A stretch of 64,000 nucleotides of DNA, taken from NCBI GenBank assembly GCA_039976075.1, contig JBDWFY010000001.1:159920-223919 (forward strand), in the 5' to 3' direction. Of the stretch, positions 28,308-37,644 are shown one piece after another. A model generated the notes under the pieces. The model was not told the DNA's origin and ran no database searches. It was given only the letters and a program-made list of their open reading frames with translations. Both the position numbers and the translations under genes were made by a program. How positions within the stretch are numbered: position 1 is the stretch's first letter; every line of letters begins with the position of its first letter. This stretch comes from Stappiaceae bacterium. Its GTDB lineage: Bacteria; Pseudomonadota; Alphaproteobacteria; Rhizobiales; Stappiaceae.

Positions 28308-28838
28308 TTAACCAGGGCAATTCAAGTCGAAATTATACGCGAGAGTTTCCCCGCTACGCTCAAGAGTCATTGTTCCGGTGACACCCTCAAACTTTTCCGT
28401 GCCGCCTAGAACGAGCATTTTTGTAGGAGCTGCATCGGCTGGTGATTTGGGATGCAGTTTGTCGGCGTCACTGAATGCCGCGCCATATTGATTGATCAGC
28501 ACTTCCAGGTAAATTTTGCCCTCAGGAAAGTGGAAATATTGAGATCCGGAGACTGTGAAAGCATCACTGTCTTTTGCGGGGAAAAGCATTGTCACCTGCC
28601 AGAAGGTCTCTCCGACCTTGTTGCCATCTGGATCTACTACGCTTGCAGTGCCAATTCGTTGATCTCCCGGCGATTTTCCTTTTTCACCCAGATCCAGATA
28701 ACTGACCTGACGGTCAGTGGTGCTCTGAAGCAGAGGATTTCCATTGCAAACGCCAGAATCTGCCATGACATTGCCTGTGCTCACCACGCCAGCCGCTGCA
28801 AACACCAAAGCCGGGATCCATTTCGCTGACATAGCCAT
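28308..28838 (-). CDS. Hypothetical secreted protein
   Basis: Signal peptide 'MAMSAKWIPALVFAAAGVVSTGNVMA'. The rest is beta-rich and ends 'NFDLNCPG'. No family assigned. Low-GC context. Confidence 0.4.
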   Translation of the reverse strand: MAMSAKWIPALVFAAAGVVSTGNVMADSGVCNGNPLLQSTTDRQVSYLDLGEKGKSPGDQRIGTASVVDPDGNKVGETFWQVTMLFPAKDSDAFTVSGSQYFHFPEGKIYLEVLINQYGAAFSDADKLHPKSPADAAPTKMLVLGGTEKFEGVTGTMTLERSGETLAYNFDLNCPG

Positions 28839-28992
28839 ATTCCTTACCGTGTATTGCAAGATTGCAGACAAGAACGACACAGTAAAAGGTTGTATCCGCC
28901 AAGGGAATTGTCACGCAAGCAAATTCATCTGAAAGAAACGGGATTAAATTTAGATTTTGGAGCGCATTCGATCCGCTCTTCACAACGCCGCT

Positions 28993-29457
28993 TCAGTTGA
29001 GTGGCAGTTTTCGCTTGAGCCAACCGACTCCGGAATCAGATCCAAGCATGCCTTCAGAAACATTGACCACATTGGTAAAACCGGCTTCGTTCAGCAAAAC
29101 TTTCATTCTTCGGGAACGGTTACCGCGTGCGCAAATGAGAGCAACGGGTTTGGTTCTGTCACCCTCAAGCAGCGTATCAATGCGCGCGACAAAACCGGCT
29201 TCATGCATACTTATTTTGTGAGCGCCGTTACCTGTCCCGGTTTGTTGCCATTCTTCTGGTCGACGGATATCAATGAGCTGAACGACGTCACGTTCAGAAA
29301 GTGCATAAACGTCCGGCGCACTCATACGGCCATTGAAGGTCTGGCTCTTTGCAAAGGCGATGTTGGGATTGATGAGGGTTGCGATACTCGAAACAAATGC
29401 AAGTCTTATAAAATGCCGACGGTCCTTGCGCGAAGTGCTCAAGTCTGCGGTGGTCAT
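28993..29457 (-). CDS. Tat-exported rhodanese-domain protein (sulfurtransferase-like)
   Basis: Twin-arginine signal 'SRKDRRHFIRLAFVSSIATL'. Rhodanese fold with the active-site loop 'CARGNRS'. Confidence 0.75.
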   Translation of the reverse strand: MTTADLSTSRKDRRHFIRLAFVSSIATLINPNIAFAKSQTFNGRMSAPDVYALSERDVVQLIDIRRPEEWQQTGTGNGAHKISMHEAGFVARIDTLLEGDRTKPVALICARGNRSRRMKVLLNEAGFTNVVNVSEGMLGSDSGVGWLKRKLPLN

Positions 29458-29583
29458 CTCGGATAACGTCCTATTTCAGGCAATACGCAACTACTTGTTT
29501 TCGGAAACCCGGAAGAAAATTACTTCGGGCGGTGAGTTTTACCGAAATAGGTACGATAGCACCGTTGCACCAGATCCCTTTTA

Positions 29584-29599
29584 GTGAACTTTTGTTCAC
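29584..29599. promoter_or_regulatory. Perfect palindrome GTGAAC-TTTT-GTTCAC about 130 nt upstream of the rhodanese gene and just downstream of the SGNH hydrolase gene
   Basis: Read from the sequence. It could be an operator or a weak hairpin. Confidence 0.25.
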
Positions 29600-29704
29600 A
29601 CTTCGGTGTTGCGAATTCTTTCTGATATCTCACAACGCTAAGGCCTGGCAGCGCCATAGGAGAAATTTCCAACGCCCCGGTCAGAGGAAACTCCGGTTCT
29701 GCGA

Positions 29705-30634
29705 CTAATCTTTTGAAAGTTGCTCAAAGACAGCTGAGCAAATGTTGCTCTTTTGAATTTGCAGGAAATTTTCTGCAGCTTTCCCATTGGGATGGTAGGG
29801 ATCTTCAACTTCGCCCGATGCTTTCAAGGTGAAGAACTTTTTGTTCCCCAGATTGGCCTTGATCGTGTCTGGGGTCATCCCGTCAACAAAACTGCAGCGG
29901 CTGCCGACCTTCGCGAAAGCTTCCTTCAGGTTCTTCTGAGCCGGTAGCCTGAAATCGACAACTTCTTGCAAGTAAGAAGGCGCTGTTGTCATGAAGATGC
30001 AGCCGGTGTCTTCCGGGATCTGACTGACTGTTGCTTGAACATCCGCCAGTGCTTTGTCGATGTCACCACCCCATCGCTGCGTCGATTTGCCGAGGAAATA
30101 CATCACAAACAGTTTGGGGTTGTAATGGCCCCTGGCAAACATCGCCTCAAAAGGTGATTGTTCCGCTTTGCAGAACTGAAGTTCCGGGCTCTCACCTATT
30201 TGGACAAATTCTTCTTCGGATTTGTTGATAATGCCATGGAGGCCGACATTGACCGGCCAATTAGGATCAGGAACACACACATCCCGTTTCAATTTTTCCT
30301 CACGCGCCGACCATGAATTCAGCGATGTGGAACGTGCGCCCATAACACCAACCGTCATGTCTCCCAGTTTCTTCAAACCGTCTGCCTGCAGTTCTGTCGG
30401 CGAACAATGGGTAATCAGGTTCTGGAAGAAATCAAGAAAGGCTGGTCCGGATCCGAACATCAGTTGTGAGTCACCAAGCACCAAAATGTCTGGCGATTGG
30501 AAGTCATTTGCTCGTGTTTGTGAAGTTGAATAAGATGAAAAGATGGCCACTGCACAAATAGTGCAGAATTTCGACAGTATATCTTTTGATAACACGATAT
30601 GTTCCAACTCAAAATTCAGATACAGGAAGTCCAT
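29705..30634 (-). CDS. SGNH/GDSL-family hydrolase (putative secreted esterase/lipase)
   Basis: N-terminal hydrophobic segment, block I 'ILVLGDSQLMFG' (GDS-x nucleophile) and C-terminal 'DPYHPN' (DxxH catalytic motif). The gene is visibly AT-richer than its surroundings. Confidence 0.6.
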   Translation of the reverse strand: MDFLYLNFELEHIVLSKDILSKFCTICAVAIFSSYSTSQTRANDFQSPDILVLGDSQLMFGSGPAFLDFFQNLITHCSPTELQADGLKKLGDMTVGVMGARSTSLNSWSAREEKLKRDVCVPDPNWPVNVGLHGIINKSEEEFVQIGESPELQFCKAEQSPFEAMFARGHYNPKLFVMYFLGKSTQRWGGDIDKALADVQATVSQIPEDTGCIFMTTAPSYLQEVVDFRLPAQKNLKEAFAKVGSRCSFVDGMTPDTIKANLGNKKFFTLKASGEVEDPYHPNGKAAENFLQIQKSNICSAVFEQLSKD

Positions 30635-30933
30635 AACTTCCTAAAATGTCTGAAAGTTCAAATCAAATGTAATTGAGTCAATTATTTGTTCAAGCGCTGA
30701 ACGTCTATCATTGGCAATGGAAGCGTGTCCAATCTGTTGCTGCATTGCAACAAAAACATATGCCTGTAATAAAAAGCACAATTTTTGCTTGCTCTAAAAT
30801 CTCCACTGGCATAGAAACCGCCTCCCGGTCGACGCCGGGGTGGACATCAACGGTTCGGGCTTCGTGAATTGCCCTCTCGCGTGGGCCGGCTTTGCCGGGT
30901 CTATGTACGGATGCCACCTTGGGATCGGAAATT

Positions 30934-31008
30934 GCATGTGTAGCTCAGTGGTAGAGCGCCGGATTTAGCTTCCGGAGGTTGCGGGTTCGACTCCCGACAT
31001 ATGCTCCA
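30934..31008 (+). tRNA. tRNA gene with a type-I (short variable loop) cloverleaf; anticodon loop TTTAGCT, apparent anticodon UAG; CCA encoded
   Basis: Folded by hand. Acceptor GCATGTG/CATATGC with one G-U pair. D-arm GCTC-AGTGGTA-GAGC. Anticodon stem CCGGA/TCCGG. T-arm GCGGG-TTCGACT-CCCGA. Discriminator T, then CCA. Isotype uncertain. Confidence 0.65.
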
Positions 31009-31077
31009 TGGATAGCTCAATGGTAGAGCATCGGACTCTTACTCCGAGTGTTGCGGGTTCGATCCCCGCTCCACATT
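31006..31077 (+). tRNA. tRNA-Lys(CUU)-like gene; its 5' end overlaps the CCA of the upstream tRNA and its acceptor stem is poorly paired, so possibly a pseudogene
   Basis: D-arm GCTC-AATGGTA-GAGC. Anticodon stem TCGGA/TCCGA with loop CTCTTAC (anticodon CTT). Perfect T-arm GCGGG-TTCGATC-CCCGC. The 5' acceptor CCATGGA against the 3' TCCACAT pairs at only about 4 of 7 positions. Confidence 0.4.
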
Positions 31078-31427
31078 GGCCTTGAAAGCCAACACCTTCA
31101 GGTGGTGTCTCTGATTGAGGGTCCGGGGAGAGGCCGTGGCAGGCCGCTGGGTTCGTATTCGCTTTCGGGCGGTTCGTTCCCGCTAAATGCCGCCTTGTTT
31201 TTCCGCCCGGCTGTCGGTGATGGCCATATTCGCACTCAAACGCAATCAGGACTGTTCTCGAACAGTGCTCATCCCGTTCGTCTGCCATTTGGTCCGCTTG
31301 CCGGTGGTCCGGTTGATTAACATGAAACCTCTCTCCGGATCATCGCATTTCGCGGTGTCCGAAAAAACTAAACATATGAAACAGAAAGGAAAGTCGCCTT
31401 GCCTTAGCGCGATGATGGAGTAGAAAA

Positions 31428-32573
31428 ATGACACAGATTCTCGAAATGATCCGAGGACGCGAACGCGTTCTTGTGAGCGAAAACCAGCGAGCCTTGCAGC
31501 TCTATAAGGGTGAAATTCAAAGCATTCTGGAACCGGGTGAATACCAGCTGGCAAATCGCCAGGGCCGGTTGGCGCTTGAATGGTTTGACGTGAGCCAGCC
31601 GGAATTCCGTTCGACGTACGAGAAGGTGTTGTTTGATAAACTCCCGGACGTTGCTGAACGGCATTTGACGGTTTTCCGAACCGGTTCGTGCGAGGTTGCG
31701 ATCATCGAACGCGATGGTCGGATCTACTCCGTGCTTGGTCCTGAAACTAAGCTGACGGTCTGGAAGGACGCCGGTCCGTGGAAGGCCGAGAACATAGACA
31801 CCGCGGCGAAAGCCGAAGTGCCTATCGCATTGATGCTTCGTCTGGGCGATGCCCGCAAGGTGGAGCAGATCACCGTTATCTCGGTTTGGGATGGACAGGC
31901 GGGCCTGCTTTATGTTGATGGCGTATTCGACCGGGTTCTTGGACCGGGTATTCACGGTTTCTGGAAGCCTGGACGGATCGTTCAGCACAAGATGATTGAC
32001 CTGAAGCGGCAGTCTGTCGATGTGGCGGGGCAGGAAATTCTGACCCGCGACCGCGTGACGATCCGGATCAACATTGCTGCGGAATACCGGGTTGTCGATC
32101 CGGTTAAAGCGGCAACGGAAGTCAAGGACTTTGCTGATGCTCTTTACCGGGCATTGCAGTATGCGTTCCGCAAGACTCTTGGAGCGATGAAGCTCGATCA
32201 GATCCTTGAAAACAAGGGGGCGATTGATGCTGAAGCGGCCGAAAAAGTGCGGACGGATATGGCGAAGATCGGGGTTGAGGTCTCCGAAATCACTCTGAAG
32301 GACGTCGTCCTTCCCGGTGAAATGCGCGAGATCCTCAACAAAGTCGTTACGGCGGAAAAGGAAGCGGAAGCCAATGTTATCCGTCGGCGTGAAGAAACCA
32401 ACGCCACCCGGTCGTTGCTCAACACTGCCAAGGTCATGGCCGAAAACCCGGTCATGCTGCGGCTGAAGGAGCTTGAAGCTCTTGAAAGTGTTGCCGGTAA
32501 GGTCGATCGCCTGACCGTCCACAACGGGACGGCCGGACTGATGAACGACGTGGTTCGCCTTCGGGAGGACTAG
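31428..32573 (+). CDS. SPFH/band-7 domain protein (stomatin/slipin-like) with an about 150 aa N-terminal extension and no obvious TM anchor
   Basis: The SPFH core 'LLYVDGVFDRVLGPGIHGFWKP...TRDRVTIRINIAAEYRVVDPVKA' is followed by a coiled-coil region. Confidence 0.75.
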   Translation: MTQILEMIRGRERVLVSENQRALQLYKGEIQSILEPGEYQLANRQGRLALEWFDVSQPEFRSTYEKVLFDKLPDVAERHLTVFRTGSCEVAIIERDGRIYSVLGPETKLTVWKDAGPWKAENIDTAAKAEVPIALMLRLGDARKVEQITVISVWDGQAGLLYVDGVFDRVLGPGIHGFWKPGRIVQHKMIDLKRQSVDVAGQEILTRDRVTIRINIAAEYRVVDPVKAATEVKDFADALYRALQYAFRKTLGAMKLDQILENKGAIDAEAAEKVRTDMAKIGVEVSEITLKDVVLPGEMREILNKVVTAEKEAEANVIRRREETNATRSLLNTAKVMAENPVMLRLKELEALESVAGKVDRLTVHNGTAGLMNDVVRLRED

Positions 32574-32594
32574 GTCGATCTCAATGACAAAATG

Positions 32595-32629
32595 AAAAAG
32601 GCCGCAGTATTGAACCTGTGGCCTTTTTT
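32595..32629. terminator. Bidirectional rho-independent terminator: AAAAA-GGCCGCAG-tattgaac-CTGTGGCC-TTTTTT
   Basis: 8-bp GC-rich stem with one G-U pair, flanked by an A-run and a T-run. It lies between the convergent SPFH gene and the small minus-strand ORF. Confidence 0.65.
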
Positions 32630-32655
32630 AGTCGTCAAAAAATATGCGTTTAGTT

Positions 32656-33024
32656 TCATTTAGGCGTGACGTGAACGATATCTATTTCCTGGATTGGAAG
32701 GCCCGTTTTATCTGCGCAGTGAAGGACTGCGATCCCTTCGGCGCATTCAGCGTCTCTTGCCTTGAGCGTGTAAGTCTCTTCCTCGCCGCCTTCAGGCCGG
32801 ACACCAATCTCATAGAGTTTGTCGTGCACGTGCCGCGCACTGTCGGCCGAGTCGGGCTCATATCCTTCCACTGCGACTTCGGTAGGCGGCCAGCTATATT
32901 CAAAGCCTGCCATGATCCGGGCGTGATCTTTCACTTCGTGAACACTCATTGTTTCTACCGGGATCTCCCGGGTTTCGCCTTCGTAAGAAACTTTGGCGAT
33001 ATATTTGTTCCAGATATTGGACAT
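32656..33024 (-). CDS. Hypothetical acidic protein (122 aa)
   Basis: The ORF is bounded by the bidirectional terminator. No family recognised. Glu/Asp-rich. Confidence 0.35.
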   Translation of the reverse strand: MSNIWNKYIAKVSYEGETREIPVETMSVHEVKDHARIMAGFEYSWPPTEVAVEGYEPDSADSARHVHDKLYEIGVRPEGGEEETYTLKARDAECAEGIAVLHCADKTGLPIQEIDIVHVTPK

Positions 33025-33186
33025 GCGAACTCCCAGCGGCCGCTCTTTCAGCGTTGCCGATAAAATACGTCAGAACCGCCCCCATAGCATGGCCAACGGG
33101 CCTCGCCAATAGAATCGACCGTCTAAATTAGTACAAGCTCTGATTGCTATAGTTGCCCGATGTGATAGATCGAACTACCGCAATTT

Positions 33187-33552
33187 TTGCGTGGCGTAAC
33201 TTTTGAGAGGCCTATGGCGGAAGATTTTTCACTCTATGTTGTCGGGCCCACCGGGAACGGTGCGGCGGAAGCGACTAAATTGAACGCATGGGAGGTGCCC
33301 GAAGCCGTGGCGGAAGGCCTGGGTGAGGGTTTGCTTGGCGAACAGACAATCTCGGCTGACAATCTGAAAAAAAGCTGGGAAAAGACCCACACTGTCCTTC
33401 TCTCCATGATCGAAGATGCTGAGACCGATCCCGACCGAAGTTTCAGACTGGAAGAAATGGATGTCAGCCTCGCGGTATCAGGCAAAGGCTACATCGGATT
33501 TGCCAGTGCGAAAGCGGCGGCGGGGATCAAACTGAAGTTTAAACGGTGTTGA
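33187..33552 (+). CDS. Hypothetical protein whose C-terminal about 45 aa resemble the Trypco2 (trypsin-co-occurring domain 2) signature
   Basis: 'FRLEEMDVSLAVSGKGYIGFASAKAAAGIKLKFKR' resembles the Trypco2 pattern 'F.L..vElE..v........a..GiKFwv'. No partner peptidase is nearby. The alternative start is 33214. Confidence 0.3.
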   Translation: MRGVTFERPMAEDFSLYVVGPTGNGAAEATKLNAWEVPEAVAEGLGEGLLGEQTISADNLKKSWEKTHTVLLSMIEDAETDPDRSFRLEEMDVSLAVSGKGYIGFASAKAAAGIKLKFKRC

Positions 33553-33563
33553 CGACGGTCTCC

Positions 33564-36335
33564 CTATAAACCGGATCCGGAGGGATCATTTCTTCCCGGA
33601 TCAATATCCACTTCGGCATTTATGCGCCGGACATTGAGGCGGATCTGTTTTTCGATCTCGAGCAATGCGAACAGCGTTGCGCCAATTCCGATGATAAGAA
33701 GGCCGTCATGAAGCGGAATGGCACGTGTTGAAAACACGTTTTGTAGTGGTGGCCAGTAGGTGATGGCGAACTGCGCGGCGGTAATGACGATAACGGTTGA
33801 CCAGACAACTTTCGTGCCACGAACCGCCTTCCATGTCAGAGATGTGTCGTGAATGTTTCGAATAAAGAACATATGGAAAATCTCCATCACCACAAGCGTA
33901 TTCAAGGCCAGTGTACGGGCCAGTTCGACGGAATAGCCCTTGTCGACGGCATAAGAAAAAATACCGAAAATACCGGCGAGAAAGAGTGTAGACACCAGCA
34001 CGACGTGCCAGACGAGATGACCATTGAGCAGTGGCGTATTGCGGGCGCGCGGTGGCCGTCGCATTGTGTTTTTTTCAGTCGGCTCAAACGCCAGTGCGAT
34101 GCCAAGTGTGACGGCTGTGATCAGGTTGATCCACAATATCTGGATGGGGGAGACGGGCAGGGCCATACCGAGCAGGAGCGCGACGACGATGATCAGTGTC
34201 TCACCGCCATTTGTCGGTAACGTCCAGCTGATCACCTTCGTGATGTTGTCATAAACAGTGCGTCCTTCCCGAATGGCCGCGGCAATTGAAGCAAAGTGAT
34301 CGTCAGCAAGCACGATTTCAGCGGCTTCCTTTGCTGCCTCGCTGCCGGTCTTGCCCATGGCTATGCCTGCATCGGCGCGTTTGAGCGCCGGGGCGTCGTT
34401 AACGCCGTCACCGGTCATGGCGACGGTGAGGTCATGCGATTGCAGTGCCATGACCAGTCTGAGTTTATGCTCTGGGCTGGTTCGGGCGAAGATGTCCGTC
34501 TCTTTGACTGCATAGGCCAGCATCGAGTCGTCCATCTGGTCCAACTCTGCGCCGGTCAGCACCGAGTCTGAATGCGCAAGGCCGACTTGTTTTCCAATAG
34601 CCGCAGCTGTGCCCGCATGGTCGCCGGTGATCATTTTGACCCGAATGCCCGCCCTTTGGCAGTCGGCCACAGCCTCAATTGCATCGGCACGAGGAGGGTC
34701 TATCAAACCAACCAGCCCAAAAAGGGTCAATGAGCTTTCGACATCTGCAAAACCGAGTTTTTTGGTGTCTGCGGCGGCTGCGCGGGTTGCCAGGGCGAGG
34801 ACGCGTTGTCCGCGTGCTGCAAATTCCTCTGCTTTCTGCGACCAGTACGCAGCATCAAGCGGCTCTCTATCCTGCGGCGAGGAGAATTGATCGGCGCACA
34901 TCGCCACGACCTGTTCCGGCGCACCTTTGACGCTTATTAAGGAGCCACCTCTGCCATCATGTTGAAGGGTCGCCATAAAGCGATGACGTGAATCGAAGGG
35001 GATTGTATCTACCCGAGCCCAGTTTCCGGCCCCAGATTTTGTGCTGTCAATTACTTTGCATGCGAAGGCCAACAGCGCGCCTTCCATGGGGTCACCATTG
35101 ACAGACCAGGTGCCCTCGCTGTCATGCAACTGTGCGTCGTTGCATAGCGTTGCGGCCAGGGCCAGCTCGCACAGAGCGCTGTTTTCACTGGGAATTATCG
35201 GTACGTTTTTAATGGTGACGGCGCCATTTGGATCATAGCCGACGCCATCAACCTTGTATTCGTCCTGTGCCGTGACGACCGACGCCACCATCATTTTATT
35301 GAGTGTCAGGGTTCCGGTTTTATCTGTACAGATTACCGACACAGAGCCCAATGTTTCGATTGCGGGCAAACGCCTGACGATTGCATTGCGCCGGGCCATC
35401 GATTGCACACCGATGGCGAGTGTAATCGTCAGAACTGCCGGCAAGCCTTCGGGGATGGCAGCAACGGAGAGACCGACGATGGCCATGAACAAAGATGCGA
35501 AATCATGGTGTTGAACGAAATATCCGAAAGCGAGCAAGATGCCCGCCAATAACAGGATCAGCAATGTGAGCCAACGGGCAAACAGATTCATCTGGCTAAC
35601 AAGCGGTGTTGTCAGTGTTTCAACATCCGACAGCAAACCGCTGATCCGTCCAATCTGCGTTGATGCACCTGTCGCGATGACGACGCCGCGTCCCTGACCG
35701 CTGGCAACCAGCGTGCCACTGAACCCCATGCAGGTTTGGTCGCCAAGCGGAGCGTCCATGGACACGGCGTCGGTTTGTTTCTCGACCGGAACAGACTCAC
35801 CGGTGAGGATTGCCTCCTGAATGGTAAGCCCATGTGCTGATATCAGCCGCAGATCTGCCGGTACTTTATCTCCGGGTTCAATCAGCACAATGTCGCCGGG
35901 AACCACTTTTTCACCTTCAATGCTGACGCGCTGGCCGTTCCGCAGAACCGAAGCATGAGGCGCCAACATCTGGTGGATTGAGTCCATGGCCCGTTCTGCC
36001 CGGCCTTCCTGCACGAACCCGATCACAGCATTGGCGATGACCACTGCGAGAATGACCACCGTGTCGATCGGATGATCCAGGAGAGCGGTAACAATCGCCG
36101 CACCGATCAACACGTAGATGAGGATGTGGTTGAAATGCGAAAGAAAGCGTTGCAGGACGCCGCGATGGGGAGGTTCAGGTGGCTTGTTCAGGCCATAGCG
36201 TTCCAACCGGCTCGCGGCCTCCGCCTCGGATAAACCGTCCGGGGTCGCATCCAGTTTTTCCAGCACTTGGTCGCAGTCAAGAGTGAAGCATGCCGGGTCT
36301 GTCAGGTCGTTCTTTCGCTCTGTGGTGTCGGGCAA
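33564..36335 (-). CDS. Cation-translocating P-type ATPase (P2/P3-type; Ca2+/Mg2+-ATPase-like)
   Basis: 'ICTDKTGTLT' phosphorylation motif, 'TGDHAGTA' and the hinge 'GDGVNDAPALKRADAGIAMG'. 10 TM helices; 923 aa. Confidence 0.9.
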   Translation of the reverse strand: MPDTTERKNDLTDPACFTLDCDQVLEKLDATPDGLSEAEAASRLERYGLNKPPEPPHRGVLQRFLSHFNHILIYVLIGAAIVTALLDHPIDTVVILAVVIANAVIGFVQEGRAERAMDSIHQMLAPHASVLRNGQRVSIEGEKVVPGDIVLIEPGDKVPADLRLISAHGLTIQEAILTGESVPVEKQTDAVSMDAPLGDQTCMGFSGTLVASGQGRGVVIATGASTQIGRISGLLSDVETLTTPLVSQMNLFARWLTLLILLLAGILLAFGYFVQHHDFASLFMAIVGLSVAAIPEGLPAVLTITLAIGVQSMARRNAIVRRLPAIETLGSVSVICTDKTGTLTLNKMMVASVVTAQDEYKVDGVGYDPNGAVTIKNVPIIPSENSALCELALAATLCNDAQLHDSEGTWSVNGDPMEGALLAFACKVIDSTKSGAGNWARVDTIPFDSRHRFMATLQHDGRGGSLISVKGAPEQVVAMCADQFSSPQDREPLDAAYWSQKAEEFAARGQRVLALATRAAAADTKKLGFADVESSLTLFGLVGLIDPPRADAIEAVADCQRAGIRVKMITGDHAGTAAAIGKQVGLAHSDSVLTGAELDQMDDSMLAYAVKETDIFARTSPEHKLRLVMALQSHDLTVAMTGDGVNDAPALKRADAGIAMGKTGSEAAKEAAEIVLADDHFASIAAAIREGRTVYDNITKVISWTLPTNGGETLIIVVALLLGMALPVSPIQILWINLITAVTLGIALAFEPTEKNTMRRPPRARNTPLLNGHLVWHVVLVSTLFLAGIFGIFSYAVDKGYSVELARTLALNTLVVMEIFHMFFIRNIHDTSLTWKAVRGTKVVWSTVIVITAAQFAITYWPPLQNVFSTRAIPLHDGLLIIGIGATLFALLEIEKQIRLNVRRINAEVDIDPGRNDPSGSGL

Positions 36336-36589
36336 ATCGGGAATACCTCATGCGGCGATGCGGACACGATACGGATTGCGTGTTGCGCGTAGTTAAGAGA
36401 TTAGTTGAACGATTTGCAGGCGGATTTGACCCCGATCAATCTCCCTTGCGTCACATTGGCATCTTTTTTTGTCACCACCTTTTGCCCGAATAGTGGAGAG
36501 GCCATTAAGGTCATCACGGATTGAAGTCTCAAGATAATATCCTGGTTGATATTTCAGGCCTCACAACAACATGATAGACAAACAACAGT

Positions 36590-37264
36590 ATGGAAGACCT
36601 TGTTCTGGATAGCTGGCAACTTTCGACGTCAACGGACCAGCGTGCGCTGGTGATCCCGGATGGCTGTAGAGATATCATTTTCAGCCGCCAACAGAACAAT
36701 GCTTGGCAAATATACATCTCGCCACTTGCCGAGAGCGTATGCCGAATTCCGATATCAGCCGGAACCCGCAAGGTGGGATTTCGCCTTCAACCCGGTGTTG
36801 TTCTAAATGAAACCAAACTCCGAGCTGAGCTGACCCGCCTGTCGCAGGATATCTCCCGTTCTGTCGAAAATCAGGCCGCCGTGCCTGATGGATTGGCGGA
36901 TGCACTTGAAGAATGGTGTGCTTTGCCACCTGCGCTTGCTGAGGCTATGGGGAAGCTCAAAGAACCCATGACGACGGTGTCAGGGGTGGCCCGGCACCTT
37001 GGTATATCGGTTCGCCGATTGCAGCGATTGGTGAAAAACGGAACCGGTCGGTCGCCCGTCTACTGGATACAGCTTGCCCGGGTGAGGGGAGCAGCGCGCT
37101 CCGTGGCGAGTTATCCGTCACTTGCAGATCTTGCCGGCAATCATGGATATGCCGATCAGGCACATATGACCCGGGCGTTTCGAAAGTGGCTGGACGTCAC
37201 GCCGTCTACGCTGAAACAGGGATCGGACCGGTTCATCCAGCTGCACCAGAGCGGTTACGGTTGA
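36590..37264 (+). CDS. AraC-family transcriptional regulator
   Basis: C-terminal HTH_18 'YADQAHMTRAFRKWLDVTPSTL'. Confidence 0.8.
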   Translation: MEDLVLDSWQLSTSTDQRALVIPDGCRDIIFSRQQNNAWQIYISPLAESVCRIPISAGTRKVGFRLQPGVVLNETKLRAELTRLSQDISRSVENQAAVPDGLADALEEWCALPPALAEAMGKLKEPMTTVSGVARHLGISVRRLQRLVKNGTGRSPVYWIQLARVRGAARSVASYPSLADLAGNHGYADQAHMTRAFRKWLDVTPSTLKQGSDRFIQLHQSGYG

Positions 37265-37644
37265 GGAGCAACCGGCGTACAGATTTCAATAAGGAATCCA
37301 TTTTCTTCGCTTACATAAGCCGTTTTCTGACCCCAGGCTTCCTCTCTAGGGTCTTGTATTGAAACAGCACCAGCTTTCAGTGCATTTTCCATCGCAGTCT
37401 CAACGTCCGCAGTTTCAAAAGCAATCTCGAAAACCGGTTTTTCAGGGCGGGCATCGCCAGGTGTTTTACCCAGAGATGTCATCAGCTTTCGAGAAGAAAA
37501 CGCCAGCCGGGTTTCGCCGGTATCCAGCTCGCCATAATCGCCGCTTTCATGCACAAATCGTTTTTCAAATCCAAACGCTTCGGTGAAAAAACTAAGCGTC
37601 CGCGCGACGTCATCGACATATAAAATTGTATATCTGAATTTCAT
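37255..37644 (-). CDS. VOC-family (glyoxalase/bleomycin-resistance/dioxygenase fold) protein
   Basis: 129 aa: 'MKFRYTILYVDDVARTLSFFTEAFGF' ... 'EICTP'. Confidence 0.8.
   Translation of the reverse strand: MKFRYTILYVDDVARTLSFFTEAFGFEKRFVHESGDYGELDTGETRLAFSSRKLMTSLGKTPGDARPEKPVFEIAFETADVETAMENALKAGAVSIQDPREEAWGQKTAYVSEENGFLIEICTPVAPQP

Noticed and set aside
30965-31288. 107-aa ORF overlapping both tRNA genes on the minus strand
   Set aside because: It overlaps structured tRNA sequence and has no start context or protein-like composition. The tRNA interpretation explains the region.
37255-37264. 10-nt 3'-end overlap of the convergent AraC and VOC genes
   Set aside because: Short convergent overlaps are common and explained by tight packing; it is not a feature in itself.
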